A stretch of 64,000 bases of DNA. Origin: Gemmatimonadota bacterium (lineage in GTDB: Bacteria > Gemmatimonadota > Gemmatimonadetes > Gemmatimonadales > Gemmatimonadaceae). The notes beneath the pieces are model-generated. The model did not search any database. It saw only the letters and a list, made by a program, of their open reading frames with translations, and was not told the DNA's origin. Location of the stretch: contig JAZJZK010000011.1 in the NCBI GenBank assembly GCA_040389905.1, positions 1 through 64,000 of the forward strand, given 5' to 3'. How positions within the stretch are numbered: the stretch's first letter is position 1; each line of letters opens with the position of its first letter. This document shows positions 1 to 9,445 of the stretch, piece after piece. Position numbers and translations under genes: made by a program.

Positions 1-89
1 CCCCCGGTGTCAGGATAGATGTCGCACGACCGCAGTAGCTTAAGCGGTCAAACGAACATCGCTCTTGGGGGTCACAGGTGGGTAGTGCT

Positions 90-587
90 ATGCCGCAGTA
101 CAGTCCCGCATTCAAGTCCCGCATGCTCCGCCGGCTGGTCGGGCCGTCCGCGATCAGTGCCAATGCCCTCGCAAAGGAAGTGGGCGTCAATCAGCCCCTC
201 CTCTCGCGATGGCTGCGTGAATCGCGTAACGTCGAGGACATGGGCGCCTCGAAGAAGACGAAGAAATGGACCGGGGCCGAGAAGCTCCGCGTCGTGATCG
301 CCGCGCGCGGGCTGAGCGAGACCGAGCTCGGCGCGCTGCTGCGGCGCGAAGGCCTCCACGCGGCCGAGCTGACCGCCTGGCAAGCGGCCGCAGAAGCGGC
401 GCTCAGTGACGCGAGCCGTCGCCCACCGCGCTCGGCCGATGCGCAGCGCATTCACGAGCTCGAGCGCGAGCTCCGCCGGAAGGATGCGGCGTTAGCGGAG
501 ACGGCGGCGCTCCTGGTGCTGAAAAAAAAAGTCCAGGCGATCTGGGGGGACGGGGACGATACCACGGACCCGAGACGCGGACGATGA
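90..587 (+). CDS. IS3-family transposase OrfA (HTH)
   Basis: HTH-like N-terminus; C-terminal 'ELRRKDAALAETAALLVLKKK' typical of IS3 OrfA; ATG at 90 preferred over GTG at 78. Confidence 0.85.
   Translation: MPQYSPAFKSRMLRRLVGPSAISANALAKEVGVNQPLLSRWLRESRNVEDMGASKKTKKWTGAEKLRVVIAARGLSETELGALLRREGLHAAELTAWQAAAEAALSDASRRPPRSADAQRIHELERELRRKDAALAETAALLVLKKKVQAIWGDGDDTTDPRRGR
522..531 (+). promoter_or_regulatory. Probable -1 programmed frameshift site (A9G) joining OrfA and OrfB
   Basis: AAAAAAAAAG run near the end of orfA; orfB is in the -1 frame relative to orfA. Confidence 0.7.
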
Positions 588-1609
588 TTCGCGCCTTGAT
601 CGAGGCGGCCGTCGTCGCCGGCGCGCGCCGTGCGGCGGCGTGCAAGCTGCTCGGGCTCAGCGTGCGCACGGTCGAACGCTGGCGTGCCGCGCCTGAGGCC
701 GACGATGCCCGCCACGGGCCGCATCATCCGCCGGCCAATGCGCTGACGCCCGGCGAGCGGCGCACCATCCTCGCGACGGTCACCTCGGCGGCATATCGCG
801 ACCTGTCGCCCCATCAGATCGTCCCGTTGCTCGCGGCCGCCGGGCGCTATCTCGCGTCCGAATCCACCATGTATCGCATTCTGCGCGCGGAGGCGTTGCT
901 GCAGTATCGCGGCCGCGCCAAGGCGCCGGAACGCCGACCGCCGCGCTCACACGTCGCCACCGGGCCGAACCAGCTCTGGACGTGGGACATCACCTATCTC
1001 AAGACGCCCGTGCGCGGCGTGTTCGATTACCTGTATCTGTTGCTCGATGTCTGGAGTCGGAAGATCGTCGGCTGGGCCGTGCATGACGTCGAATCGGCCG
1101 AGCATGCCGCGGCCCTCTTCCGGGCGACCTGCGTCGCCCAGCAGGTGGATCCGCGTGGTCTGGTGCTGCACGCCGATAACGGGGGGCCGATGAAAGGGGC
1201 GACCATGGCCGCCACGCTCGAGCGGTTGGGCGTCCTCGCGTCTTACAGTCGGCCCAGCGTGAGCAACGATAACGCCTACTCCGAATCCCTGTTCCGCACG
1301 ATGAAGTATTGTCCGGCCTATCCGCGGCAGCCCTTTGCCGACCGCGAGGCCGCGCGGGCGTGGGTCGAGGCGTTCGTGCACTGGTATAACACGCAGCATC
1401 TGCACAGCGCCATTCGGTTCGTGACGCCGGACGACCGGCACGCGGGACGTGATACGGCGCTACTGCTCGCGCGTCGCGCCGTGTACCTCCGGGCGCGCCG
1501 CCGCACGCCCGAACGTTGGAGCGGGACCATCCGCACGTGGGAGCCGATCAACGCGGTGCACTTGAATCCGGATCATGATGAGGTTGCAGCACCCGCGCGC
1601 GTCGCATGA
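584..1609 (+). CDS. IS3-family transposase OrfB (rve/DDE integrase core)
   Basis: WTWDITY, HADNG, NAYSESLF DDE motifs. Confidence 0.93.
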   Translation: MIRALIEAAVVAGARRAAACKLLGLSVRTVERWRAAPEADDARHGPHHPPANALTPGERRTILATVTSAAYRDLSPHQIVPLLAAAGRYLASESTMYRILRAEALLQYRGRAKAPERRPPRSHVATGPNQLWTWDITYLKTPVRGVFDYLYLLLDVWSRKIVGWAVHDVESAEHAAALFRATCVAQQVDPRGLVLHADNGGPMKGATMAATLERLGVLASYSRPSVSNDNAYSESLFRTMKYCPAYPRQPFADREAARAWVEAFVHWYNTQHLHSAIRFVTPDDRHAGRDTALLLARRAVYLRARRRTPERWSGTIRTWEPINAVHLNPDHDEVAAPARVA

Positions 1610-1640
1610 CGCGTCATGCGACATCTATCTTGACACTCAC

Positions 1641-1705
1641 CGATTGATGGAACGCGCTGCGCGTTCTTTTATTGATCGCCTTGCAGCAGAACTTGGGCGT
1701 TACAC
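1641..1705 (+). repeat. attC-like site, right half (cut by the IS3 element)
   Basis: Central palindrome GAACGCGC-T-GCGCGTTC (1650-1666), flanking arms CGATTGAT/ATTGATCG, ending TGCAGCAGAACTTGGGCGTTACAC. Confidence 0.55.
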
Positions 1706-2547
1706 AACAACAGGCATCCATTGGACGTCGAGCATCATCGGGTCATTCCGTTTGCGCGCCTGACGCCAGCCAACTGCTCCGTCCATGCAGATGCCGGCCG
1801 ACAGGCGATAGCTAAGCTCGCATCGTGGGGGCTGGATCGCATTATCCGAAGCAGGCTACATGATGCCGTGCAGACTCTGGACGACGTCGTCCGTTCTGAT
1901 AGCTACGGAACGACCCGAGATGAGCTTGAAGAGACACTGGATGCCATCCACCTGTGCGCCGACTTCTTTCAGGTGGCGGCCTCTCTCCCTGAGGACCCGA
2001 TTGGTCCGGCGGTATCGGAACTAGCCATGTCGCTGCAAGGCAGCATCACCGGAACCAACTCGGCTCGGCGAGCACGCGAATACCTTAGCCAATACTGGGT
2101 AGGCACCCTTCTAACTCTAGCGAACGTCGAGCCTCGTATTCTTCCGGAGAACCTAGGGAGCAAACGTCCCGACTTTCTCGTAGACATCGGCGGGCTTGAC
2201 TGCGCGATTGAGATCAAGCGCCCCGAGAGCTTCAACTCCATGCGAGATGCGCTGGATCGCGCGGCTGGTCAATTGCGGTCGTTCGGCCGACCTGGAGTCA
2301 TCTGCCTTGATCTCACCGACTGTATCTGCATCAATGGGTTCGCTACTGCTTTCATCGACAGTCCGGTTCCAATAGCAGATCGTGTATCCTCGGTATTCAA
2401 GCGGAAGACCGAGTGGTTGGCCGCTAGGCCGGCGCACTACAATCAATCCGACAAATACGCGCGGGTCATGTAAGCGTCCGGCCTTCCCATGTTGATTTGT
2501 TGGCGTGAACTGGGTAGAGCGGACGCCGCCGTGACGCGCGAGGCGGT

Positions 2548-4278
2548 TTAGCGGATCGCGGTTGCGAGCGCGGGCGGAGTGGGCTCATCGCCGGTGCCCG
2601 TTTCCTGTGCGGCGAGCCAGCGATCCGGCAGCAGCTCTGCGAGACGGGCCGCGTCGTCGCCCGTCGCGATCGTCCGCAGGACGTCCGTCAGGTACGGGAG
2701 CGGCGGCACGCCGTGCAGCGCGCAGGTGCGGACAAGGCTGTAGAGCGCCGCCGCCCGGCGCGCCGCCTCGTGCGAGCCCGCGAACAAATAGTTCTTCCGC
2801 CCCAACGCGATATCGCGGAGTTGCTGCTCACAGCGATTGTTGTCGAGCGCCAATCGGCCGTCCTCGACGTAGCGCGTCAGCGCGGTCCACTGGTTGACCA
2901 GGTAGCGCCCCGCCTTCGCCAAGTCACTGCTCGGCGGTTCGGCGGCGAGCGTCGCCACGAGCCAGCGTTGCAACTTGTCTAAGAGGGGAGGCGCGCGGTC
3001 TTGCCGAAGGGCCGTGCGCCCCGCCACGTCGAGTTGTTGCGCGTCGGCCAGTCGTTCGATGCGATAGAGGCGCGCGATCAGCTTGATCGGATACGCCACC
3101 CGACAGTCGGTGGCCTCGAGCGCGACCAGCCGGCGGCGGCCGTGCGCCCAGCACCCGACCTCGGTCGCTGAGGCGACGTCCCCGGTGTAGAGGCGATCAA
3201 ACACGCTCGCCGCATCGGCCTGGATGTACCCGCGCCGCCCCGCGAGAAAGGCCCACGGCCCCGTCGCGCCGTCGCCGTCCGGCGTGTAGCGAAACACCAC
3301 ATCGCAATCCCCGACGTAACACCACATCGTCCCCCACGCGATGTGCGCCGGGCTCGTGGGATCGAGCACCCTGAGGCCGGTGGCATCCGTGTTGACCACC
3401 GTCGCGCCCCGGACGCGCGCAGCTAACAGGTCGACTAACGGCGTGACGAGCGCGCCGACCTCGCCCACCCAGTCCGCGAGGGTCGACACCGGGATCGTCG
3501 CCCCGCTCCGCGCATACACCCGCTGCAGGCGATGCAGCGGACAGTGATCGACGTACTTGCTCACGACAACGTGGGCGAGGAGCGAGGCATCGGCGGCGCG
3601 GCGCGGGAGCACCTTCGCCGGGGCCGCCGCCGTCGTAATCGCATCTTTACAGGTACCGCAGGCGTACTTCGCCCGCTGGTGCTCGTGCTCCACGAAATGG
3701 CCGGGCACAAATGCCAAGACATGCGTTACGTCGGCGCCCATCGGCCGGCGCGCGCCCCCGCAGGTCGGACAGGGGCGGTCCGCGAGCGGCACCTCGTGCA
3801 CATGGACCTGGCGCTCGACCGCGTCCGTGGTCCGCCACCGCCGTCGCACCGGTGCGGGTGAACCGGCCGCCTCTCGTGCGGCCTCTGCGGCGGCGCGGGC
3901 GCGTTCGGCGGCCGCGATCTCCTGCTCCATCGCCGCGTCCTCGCGGGCCTCGGCCTCAGGATCGAGTGGAGGACCGTCGTCGTCCCCGAGCGCGAGGAGT
4001 TGCTCGAAGAGTAACGCCAGTTGTCCCGGATCGGTGCGTTCCGACCGTGTGCCGGCGCGCCGGAGCCTGGCGACGAGCAACTCCAGCTCCGCACTCTGCT
4101 CCAGGACGGCGGCTAACGCGGCGAGCAGGAACTCCACGGCTTCGTCCGGCCGGCCTTGCGCCACGAAGCCCCGGACCGCCTCGCGGGCTTGGGCGAGGGC
4201 CACGCGGCGCAGGGGACGGCCGCCGCCCGGCGGGACGACCGTGGGCTCGGGCGGGCGGGGCGCGGCGGCCGTACGCAT
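2548..4278 (-). CDS. tnpC: IS66 transposase TnpC
   Basis: Zn finger CPTC...CGTC, KYVDHCPLHR, GCWAHGRR, DNNRCEQQLR, GRKNYLFAGS; start could be 4314. Confidence 0.93.
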   Translation of the reverse strand: MRTAAAPRPPEPTVVPPGGGRPLRRVALAQAREAVRGFVAQGRPDEAVEFLLAALAAVLEQSAELELLVARLRRAGTRSERTDPGQLALLFEQLLALGDDDGPPLDPEAEAREDAAMEQEIAAAERARAAAEAAREAAGSPAPVRRRWRTTDAVERQVHVHEVPLADRPCPTCGGARRPMGADVTHVLAFVPGHFVEHEHQRAKYACGTCKDAITTAAAPAKVLPRRAADASLLAHVVVSKYVDHCPLHRLQRVYARSGATIPVSTLADWVGEVGALVTPLVDLLAARVRGATVVNTDATGLRVLDPTSPAHIAWGTMWCYVGDCDVVFRYTPDGDGATGPWAFLAGRRGYIQADAASVFDRLYTGDVASATEVGCWAHGRRRLVALEATDCRVAYPIKLIARLYRIERLADAQQLDVAGRTALRQDRAPPLLDKLQRWLVATLAAEPPSSDLAKAGRYLVNQWTALTRYVEDGRLALDNNRCEQQLRDIALGRKNYLFAGSHEAARRAAALYSLVRTCALHGVPPLPYLTDVLRTIATGDDAARLAELLPDRWLAAQETGTGDEPTPPALATAIR

Positions 4279-4378
4279 GCCCGCGAATCTACCATCATGC
4301 CCTGTCCAGCGCAAGCATGTGTTATGACGATACTAAGTGCGATGTCCGAGCGATCACTCTGGCTATATGCGGACGATG

Positions 4379-5206
4379 TTATGGTGCTGTTAGCGCGATC
4401 AGGGCACGGAATGGGGCAGGCGGCGCCACCGCGGCCGGCGCCGCGCCCCCCGGAGGTCCAGCCCCTCGAGCAGCAGGCCCAACTCGCCCGCGTCGAGTTC
4501 CACATGCCGGCGGCCGGGCGCGGGCGCGCTCGCCAGCCGGAACGTGCCGCGCTCGAGGCGCTTGTAGAGTAACAGATACCCGGTCCGATCCCAGACCAGC
4601 AGCTTGATCCGGTTCCGCCGGCGATTGAGAAACACGAACACGTGTCCACTCAGTGGGTCGGCGCCGATCACGCTCCGCGTCAGCGCGCTCAAGCCGTCGA
4701 AGCCCCGGCGGAGGTCCACCGCCTCCGCCGCGACGTAGATCCGCACCGAGGCGGGAAGCGTCACAGCATGGCGACCGCTCGCCGTGTGGTCCCGACCGCC
4801 CCGCGGCCTCGACGACCGCCAGCACGCGTGCCAAGTCCGCGGCCGCGAATCCCGGGGGCACGCGAATCGACCGGCCATCGCCGAGCACCACTTCGATCCC
4901 ATGCGTCGCCGGGCCGGGCGAGGGCGTGACCGCTTCCGCGCCCTCCACCACGTGGACGGGATGGAATTGCACGGACGTCGGGCCGGCGCGCCGCCGCGCC
5001 GATCGCCTCGTCGCGGACGCCGTCGCGCGCGCAAGGCGCACGATCCACCGTCGGAGTCGCTTGGGATCAATCCCGTGCCGCGCGGCAAAGCGGAGCCGCG
5101 ACTCCCCACTGCGACGCCACGCCTCGACCACGAGGCGTGCCTCGTCTTCCCGCCAATGTGATTGCCGTGTCACCCGCGCGACATCGGCCACTGTCCTCTG
5201 CGCCAT
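4379..5206 (-). CDS. tnpA: IS66 TnpA-like HTH protein; homologous part about 4770-5206, then reads through over tnpB
   Basis: WRRSGES..FAARHG HTH and C-terminal [14 protein letters not shown]; the expected stop at the tnpB start is absent. Confidence 0.75.
   Translation of the reverse strand: MAQRTVADVARVTRQSHWREDEARLVVEAWRRSGESRLRFAARHGIDPKRLRRWIVRLARATASATRRSARRRAGPTSVQFHPVHVVEGAEAVTPSPGPATHGIEVVLGDGRSIRVPPGFAAADLARVLAVVEAAGRSGPHGERSPCCDASRLGADLRRGGGGGPPPGLRRLERADAERDRRRPTEWTRVRVSQSPAEPDQAAGLGSDRVSVTLQAPRARHVPAGERARARPPACGTRRGRVGPAARGAGPPGGAAPAAVAPPAPFRALIALTAP
4399..4764 (-). CDS. tnpB: IS66 accessory protein TnpB (Orf2)
   Basis: [10 protein letters not shown]...[20 protein letters not shown]...KRLERGTF; in-frame GTG start at 4764. 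Confidence 0.9.
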   Translation of the reverse strand: MTLPASVRIYVAAEAVDLRRGFDGLSALTRSVIGADPLSGHVFVFLNRRRNRIKLLVWDRTGYLLLYKRLERGTFRLASAPAPGRRHVELDAGELGLLLEGLDLRGARRRPRWRRLPHSVP

Positions 5207-5585
5207 CGTCTCCTCCTGTCGTCTCTCAGAGAGAAAAGGCAGAAGGATCGTCCGCTACATCACAAGCTCAACATGGGCAGGCCGGACGCTTACCGGGTCA
5301 TTGCACTCGTCCTATTTGCTCGCATTGCTGGTTGGCGCGGGCTAACTGATCTCCAGCCTGAGGCAAGATACCTGCTTCAGTTGCCCACTTACCCATCTGC
5401 GTGCCAGGGTCTCGTCACGGACTTCACTGAGAGGTTGAAGCGGCTGGTGCTAACCGGCTTCGAGCGCCTCACCGGCTCTGACAGTCGGCCGTTATAGCCA
5501 AATCGTCGCTGTTGTGTAGTTAGGCAATGGCGAGCATTGTCATCTCGTACGTTTCGCTGATTGTCGCGCCGTCATACCTTTAGGC

Positions 5586-6371
5586 GTGGCTCCCAATGAT
5601 TGGCGTGCGTCACTCCGCCTTGTTCTGAGTATGGCCGGCGAGGTCGAAGCCCATTCGCGTTCCGTGGGACAGATCCGGCCTATTCAAGCGGTCGCTTTCG
5701 GTACGCTCGTCCGCATGCGTCGTCTCGGCGAGGCGGTGTATGAGCTTGACGAGGCGCATGGATACGAAGCTCGCGTGTTGGTCCGTAGCATTCTGGAGAT
5801 CTATTACAACTATGCATGGATGCGCCTTCGCCGCCCCCACCAGCGCGCAAACCGTTTCCTCGCCTTTGGTGTGTTGGATACAATTCGGATTATGGAAAAC
5901 TGGCCGGAGTCGGATTGGGGCACCGACCATCACTCAGAACTTGCGAAGCTCAAGCGATCGCGTCGTCGGCACCGCCATTTGTTCCGAAAGAAAGACAGCA
6001 AGGGGGTGCTCCGTTGGGCACGGACTTGGGCCGATGTCTCATCCCTTGAGGCTAGGATCGCCGAGGTACACCGAACTGCGCGCGCTGGTCTGATGTATGC
6101 CTTTTACGGCGCGTTCAGCGGTACCGCGCACGGCAGCCCGTATTCGTTTACTGAGGTTTTGACGCGAGGTAGCAAAGGTCCGCGCGCTCGGACGAAGGCC
6201 GAGATGTCTACGCGTCAAGCTCTATCTGGCGCCGGCATGGCACTGCTTGCAGCGATGGTGAGCGTCTGTACCGATCTTGATCGGCCGGAATCTCTCCGCC
6301 TGCGGGTGCAATCGGAATTCGATGCCTATCGCGTTCGTGCTGAGTCTGAGTTCGATGGGCGGATTGTCTAA
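5586..6371 (+). CDS. DUF5677-like hypothetical protein (cassette-like)
   Basis: LVRSILE and Y..FS..AH motifs; stop codon lies inside GTCTAAC (attC inverse-core-like). Confidence 0.6.
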   Translation: MAPNDWRASLRLVLSMAGEVEAHSRSVGQIRPIQAVAFGTLVRMRRLGEAVYELDEAHGYEARVLVRSILEIYYNYAWMRLRRPHQRANRFLAFGVLDTIRIMENWPESDWGTDHHSELAKLKRSRRRHRHLFRKKDSKGVLRWARTWADVSSLEARIAEVHRTARAGLMYAFYGAFSGTAHGSPYSFTEVLTRGSKGPRARTKAEMSTRQALSGAGMALLAAMVSVCTDLDRPESLRLRVQSEFDAYRVRAESEFDGRIV

Positions 6372-6405
6372 CGCGTGGCGCTGCAACTGAACTTGGGCGT
6401 TGATG
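6366..6405 (+). repeat. attC-like site, internally deleted
   Basis: GTCTAAC (RYYYAAC) at 6366-6372 followed directly by TGCAACTGAACTTGGGCGTTGATG. Confidence 0.55.
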
Positions 6406-6506
6406 CAGTGACAACGATCTCGCCTCAGCGACTCTGCTCCTTCCGGGCTGCTTGTCCGGACACCATGGCCAAGGAACGTCCGACGTGCTAACTTAACTAG
6501 GGTCTC

Positions 6507-6959
6507 ATGACAAACAAGATCCTGCACATCATTCTTGGGATCACAGCACTCTTTGTGCTCCCCTTCCAGATCGTAACGACATTCGTCTTGGGCCTCCTCG
6601 TGTCGCGGACGTTCGGCCTGCTCCTGGTGCCAATAAGCGCGGTTTGGATGGTCTTGTTTCTTGGGCCCCTCATCGGACTCTCGTACGCATTCGAACGTGT
6701 GCCCCAGTCCCGTCTTTTCATCGCAATTGTCGGCATTCCCTTGGCATTTCTGGCCGATACGTATGTCGCTCTGATGCCTTCCATGGGTGAGGCCGACAAC
6801 CGATATGCCAAGATGGTGTTGTGCCAGACCTTTCCCTACACGTGGCGATTCATGCGCTACCAGCGCGGCCAGTTGAACATCGGCCACCTCGATGCGTTGA
6901 GGGCGGACGTTTACTCGCGGCCAGAGTATCGCAATGGTACCTATCGGCTAGACTGGTAG
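6507..6959 (+). CDS. Hypothetical membrane protein
   Basis: ATG start, about three hydrophobic segments. Confidence 0.65.
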   Translation: MTNKILHIILGITALFVLPFQIVTTFVLGLLVSRTFGLLLVPISAVWMVLFLGPLIGLSYAFERVPQSRLFIAIVGIPLAFLADTYVALMPSMGEADNRYAKMVLCQTFPYTWRFMRYQRGQLNIGHLDALRADVYSRPEYRNGTYRLDW

Positions 6960-6989
6960 AGTGCTGTTGGGCTGGGCCTATCGCGCCCG

Positions 6990-7087
6990 ACGACATAGTG
7001 TGCGTTTCGGCAGTCAGCGGATTCAAATGGGTTGCTCGCTTCGCTCGCTTCATTGATTTGGTGCAGCGGTACTTGGGCGTTTCGGCT
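6990..7087 (+). repeat. Degenerate attC-like site
   Basis: CGCTTCGCTCGC centre and TGCAGCGGTACTTGGGCGTT end (7062-7081), matching the sites ending near 1701 and 6401. Confidence 0.45.
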
Positions 7088-7099
7088 TAGCACCAACAC

Positions 7100-7576
7100 A
7101 TTCTCTGGGACGGGCCCTTTGGTCCTATTCAAGGCTTCCGGCAAGACATACTCTCGGGTAATCGCGCAGCAGAGGCATGCATTCCCGTTTGGCCCGGCAG
7201 AGGTTCGCAAGGACGAATTTGTCCTGCTGAGCAAGAATCGAGAGGATTGCGCGAGCACGGAGGCTCAAATTCAGTACGTCGCGAAGATGGGAGAGGTACG
7301 CGAGGCAACGGCGGACGAGTTGGAGCGGTTCTTTCCGCATGTCGCCGCGGCAAACCGCTGGGGTGTGTTGGTGCGGCTGTATTGGTCTCGTCGCCTCGAT
7401 CGTCCTTTCAACCTTCCCAAGTGAAGGGACTGAAAGCCAGCCGGTACGACCCGGTCCAAGAGTTTGCGCGCCTGGACGAGTCGGATGCGGAAGCTCTTTT
7501 TCGCTTCCTATGCGACACGAACCCCCGCATTATCATGGACTTCGTCAACTATGCGGAGGACCCGGTTGCGCAATAG
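7100..7576 (+). pseudogene. Frameshifted hypothetical gene
   Basis: Protein-like frame to ...RLDRPFNL, then a switch near 7415 to SQVKGLKASRYDPVQEFARL...; start uncertain. Confidence 0.45.
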
Positions 7577-7726
7577 GACCGGACTCCAACATCCAGATGG
7601 GCCGTCCGTGCGCCCAAACAGGAACGCGCTCCTGTCCGAGTAACGAAGTTCCCGCCAGCGTGCTAAAATAGCTGCGCTACCAGCGCGGCGGAGAGCACGC
7701 CGCACTCACGTCACCCGGAGAGTGTC

Positions 7727-9373
7727 ATGACCATGCCCCGCCGTGCGGCATCACTGTTCTTATTCACCCTTCTCTGCGCCCCCTCTGCCCGGGCGCAGCG
7801 CGGCGGTGGAGCGGGCGTCGCCGACTCAATCAAGTATAAGTACCCGACTACGGCGCAGATCGACGCCCTCAAGGCGGAGGTCTCCAAGGAGATCGACGCC
7901 AAGGCCAAGATGATCCAGGTCATGGTCGATCAGGTGTTCTCGTACGGTGAGCTCGGGTTCCAGGAATTCGAAACCTCGAAGTACCTGACGGGTTTACTCG
8001 AAGAGAACGGCTTCAAGGTCGAGCGTGGCGTCGGGGGGTTGCCCACCGCCTTCGTCGCAAAGTGGGGTTCCGGCAAGCCCGTCATTTCGCTCGGCAGCGA
8101 TATCGATGACATCCCGCAAGCTGGCCAGAAGCCCGGTGTCGGCTACAAGGATCCGATGATCGTTGGCGCCCCGGGTCACGGGGAAGGGCACAACTCCGGC
8201 ATGCCGCTGAACATCGCGGCAGCGCTCGTCGTCAAGAAAATCATGGAGCGCGACAAGATTCCAGGCACGCTCGTGTTGTGGCCCGGTGTCGCCGAGGAGC
8301 TCATGTCGGGCAAGGCATGGCTTGTTCGCGCCGGCGTTTTCAAGGACGTCGACATCACCCTCTTCACGCACGTCGGCAACAATCTCGGGGTGAGCTGGGG
8401 CCAGTCCGGTTCGAACGCGCTGATCTCCGCCATCTTCAAGTTCAAGGGGTCCAGCGCGCACGCAGCGGGAGCGCCCTGGCGCGGCAAGAGCGCGCTCGAC
8501 GCCGTGATGCTCATGGGCACATCGTGGGAGTTCCACCGCGAGCACATGGACCTGCCGCAGCGCTCGCACTACGTGATCCCCGACGGCGGCGACCAACCGA
8601 ACGTCGTGCCGAGCACGGCGAGCATCTGGTTCTTCTTCCGTCATCTCGATTACGACCGAACGCGCGCCATGTTCGACGAGGCGAAGAAGATGGCTGCTGG
8701 CGCGGCGATGATGACCGGTACGCAGGTGGACACCGTCATGATGGTCGGGTCAGGCTGGAGTGGTCACTTCTCGCGCCCGGTCGCCGAGGCAATGTACGAG
8801 AACATCAAGAAGGTCGGCACACCAGCGTGGGACGAAAAGGATCAGGCGCTCGCACGGGGAATTCAGCGCGAGTTGGCGGTGGCTGACAGCGGCCTTTCGA
8901 CCCGTCCCGGCCGACTCGGCGGGCCGGCGAACGAGGCCACGCGCACGGGAGGCGGTTCGGACGATATCGGCGACGTGGCGTGGAACGTCCCGACGATCAC
9001 GCTGAACTATCCCTCGAACATTCCCGGACTGCCCGGCCACAACTGGGCCAACGCGATCTCGATGGCCACGCCAATCGCCCACAAGGGTGTGGTTGCCGGC
9101 GCGAAGGTTCAGGCCATGACGATGATCGACATCCTGCTCACGCCGCAGATCGTCACCGACGCGTGGGATTACTTCAACAACGTGCAGACGAAGACGGTCA
9201 AGTATCGTCCGTTCTTCGCGCCAACCGACCAGCCGCCGATCTGGCTCAATGAGGCCACGATGGCGAAGTACCGTCCGGAGATGAAGAAGTTCTACTACGA
9301 TCCGAAAAAGTACGACAGCTACCTCAAGCAGCTGGGGATCGAGTATCCGACGGTCAGAAAGATCGTTCCGTAG
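7727..9373 (+). CDS. Secreted M20-family amidohydrolase (AbgB-like)
   Basis: Signal peptide; ELGFQEFETS, GHGEGHN, PGVAEE, AHAAGAPWRGKSALDA, GGDQPNVVP. Confidence 0.9.
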   Translation: MTMPRRAASLFLFTLLCAPSARAQRGGGAGVADSIKYKYPTTAQIDALKAEVSKEIDAKAKMIQVMVDQVFSYGELGFQEFETSKYLTGLLEENGFKVERGVGGLPTAFVAKWGSGKPVISLGSDIDDIPQAGQKPGVGYKDPMIVGAPGHGEGHNSGMPLNIAAALVVKKIMERDKIPGTLVLWPGVAEELMSGKAWLVRAGVFKDVDITLFTHVGNNLGVSWGQSGSNALISAIFKFKGSSAHAAGAPWRGKSALDAVMLMGTSWEFHREHMDLPQRSHYVIPDGGDQPNVVPSTASIWFFFRHLDYDRTRAMFDEAKKMAAGAAMMTGTQVDTVMMVGSGWSGHFSRPVAEAMYENIKKVGTPAWDEKDQALARGIQRELAVADSGLSTRPGRLGGPANEATRTGGGSDDIGDVAWNVPTITLNYPSNIPGLPGHNWANAISMATPIAHKGVVAGAKVQAMTMIDILLTPQIVTDAWDYFNNVQTKTVKYRPFFAPTDQPPIWLNEATMAKYRPEMKKFYYDPKKYDSYLKQLGIEYPTVRKIVP

Positions 9374-9445
9374 TCTCCGAACCGGCGCGGGAGGAGCGGC
9401 GAGATTCTTGCCTTTTCCTCCCGCAACCTGATGCGAGGATGAGCC

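Larger units (their letters stand above)
8..1635 (+). mobile_element. IS3-family insertion sequence (true ends may extend a few bases beyond the core inverted repeats, the left one possibly beyond the window)
   Basis: Inverted repeats TGTCAGGATAGATGTCGCACGAC (8-30) and the reverse complement of 1613-1635 (TGTCAAGATAGATGTCGCATGAC), 21/23 identical; they enclose orfA/orfB. Confidence 0.85.
2470..5293 (-). mobile_element. IS66-family insertion sequence, 2824 bp
   Basis: Terminal IRs GTAAGCGTCCGGCCT(T/G)CCCATGTTGA (25/26); 8-bp target duplication CGGGTCAT at 2462-2469 and 5294-5301; tnpA-tnpB-tnpC. Confidence 0.97.
1721..5497 (+). pseudogene. PD-(D/E)XK nuclease-like gene (about 314 aa) split by IS66: 1721-2469 plus 5302-5497
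   Basis: RPDF...IEIKR motif; removing the IS and one TSD copy restores the frame ...KYARV-IALVLFARIAGW... to the stop at 5497. Confidence 0.75.
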
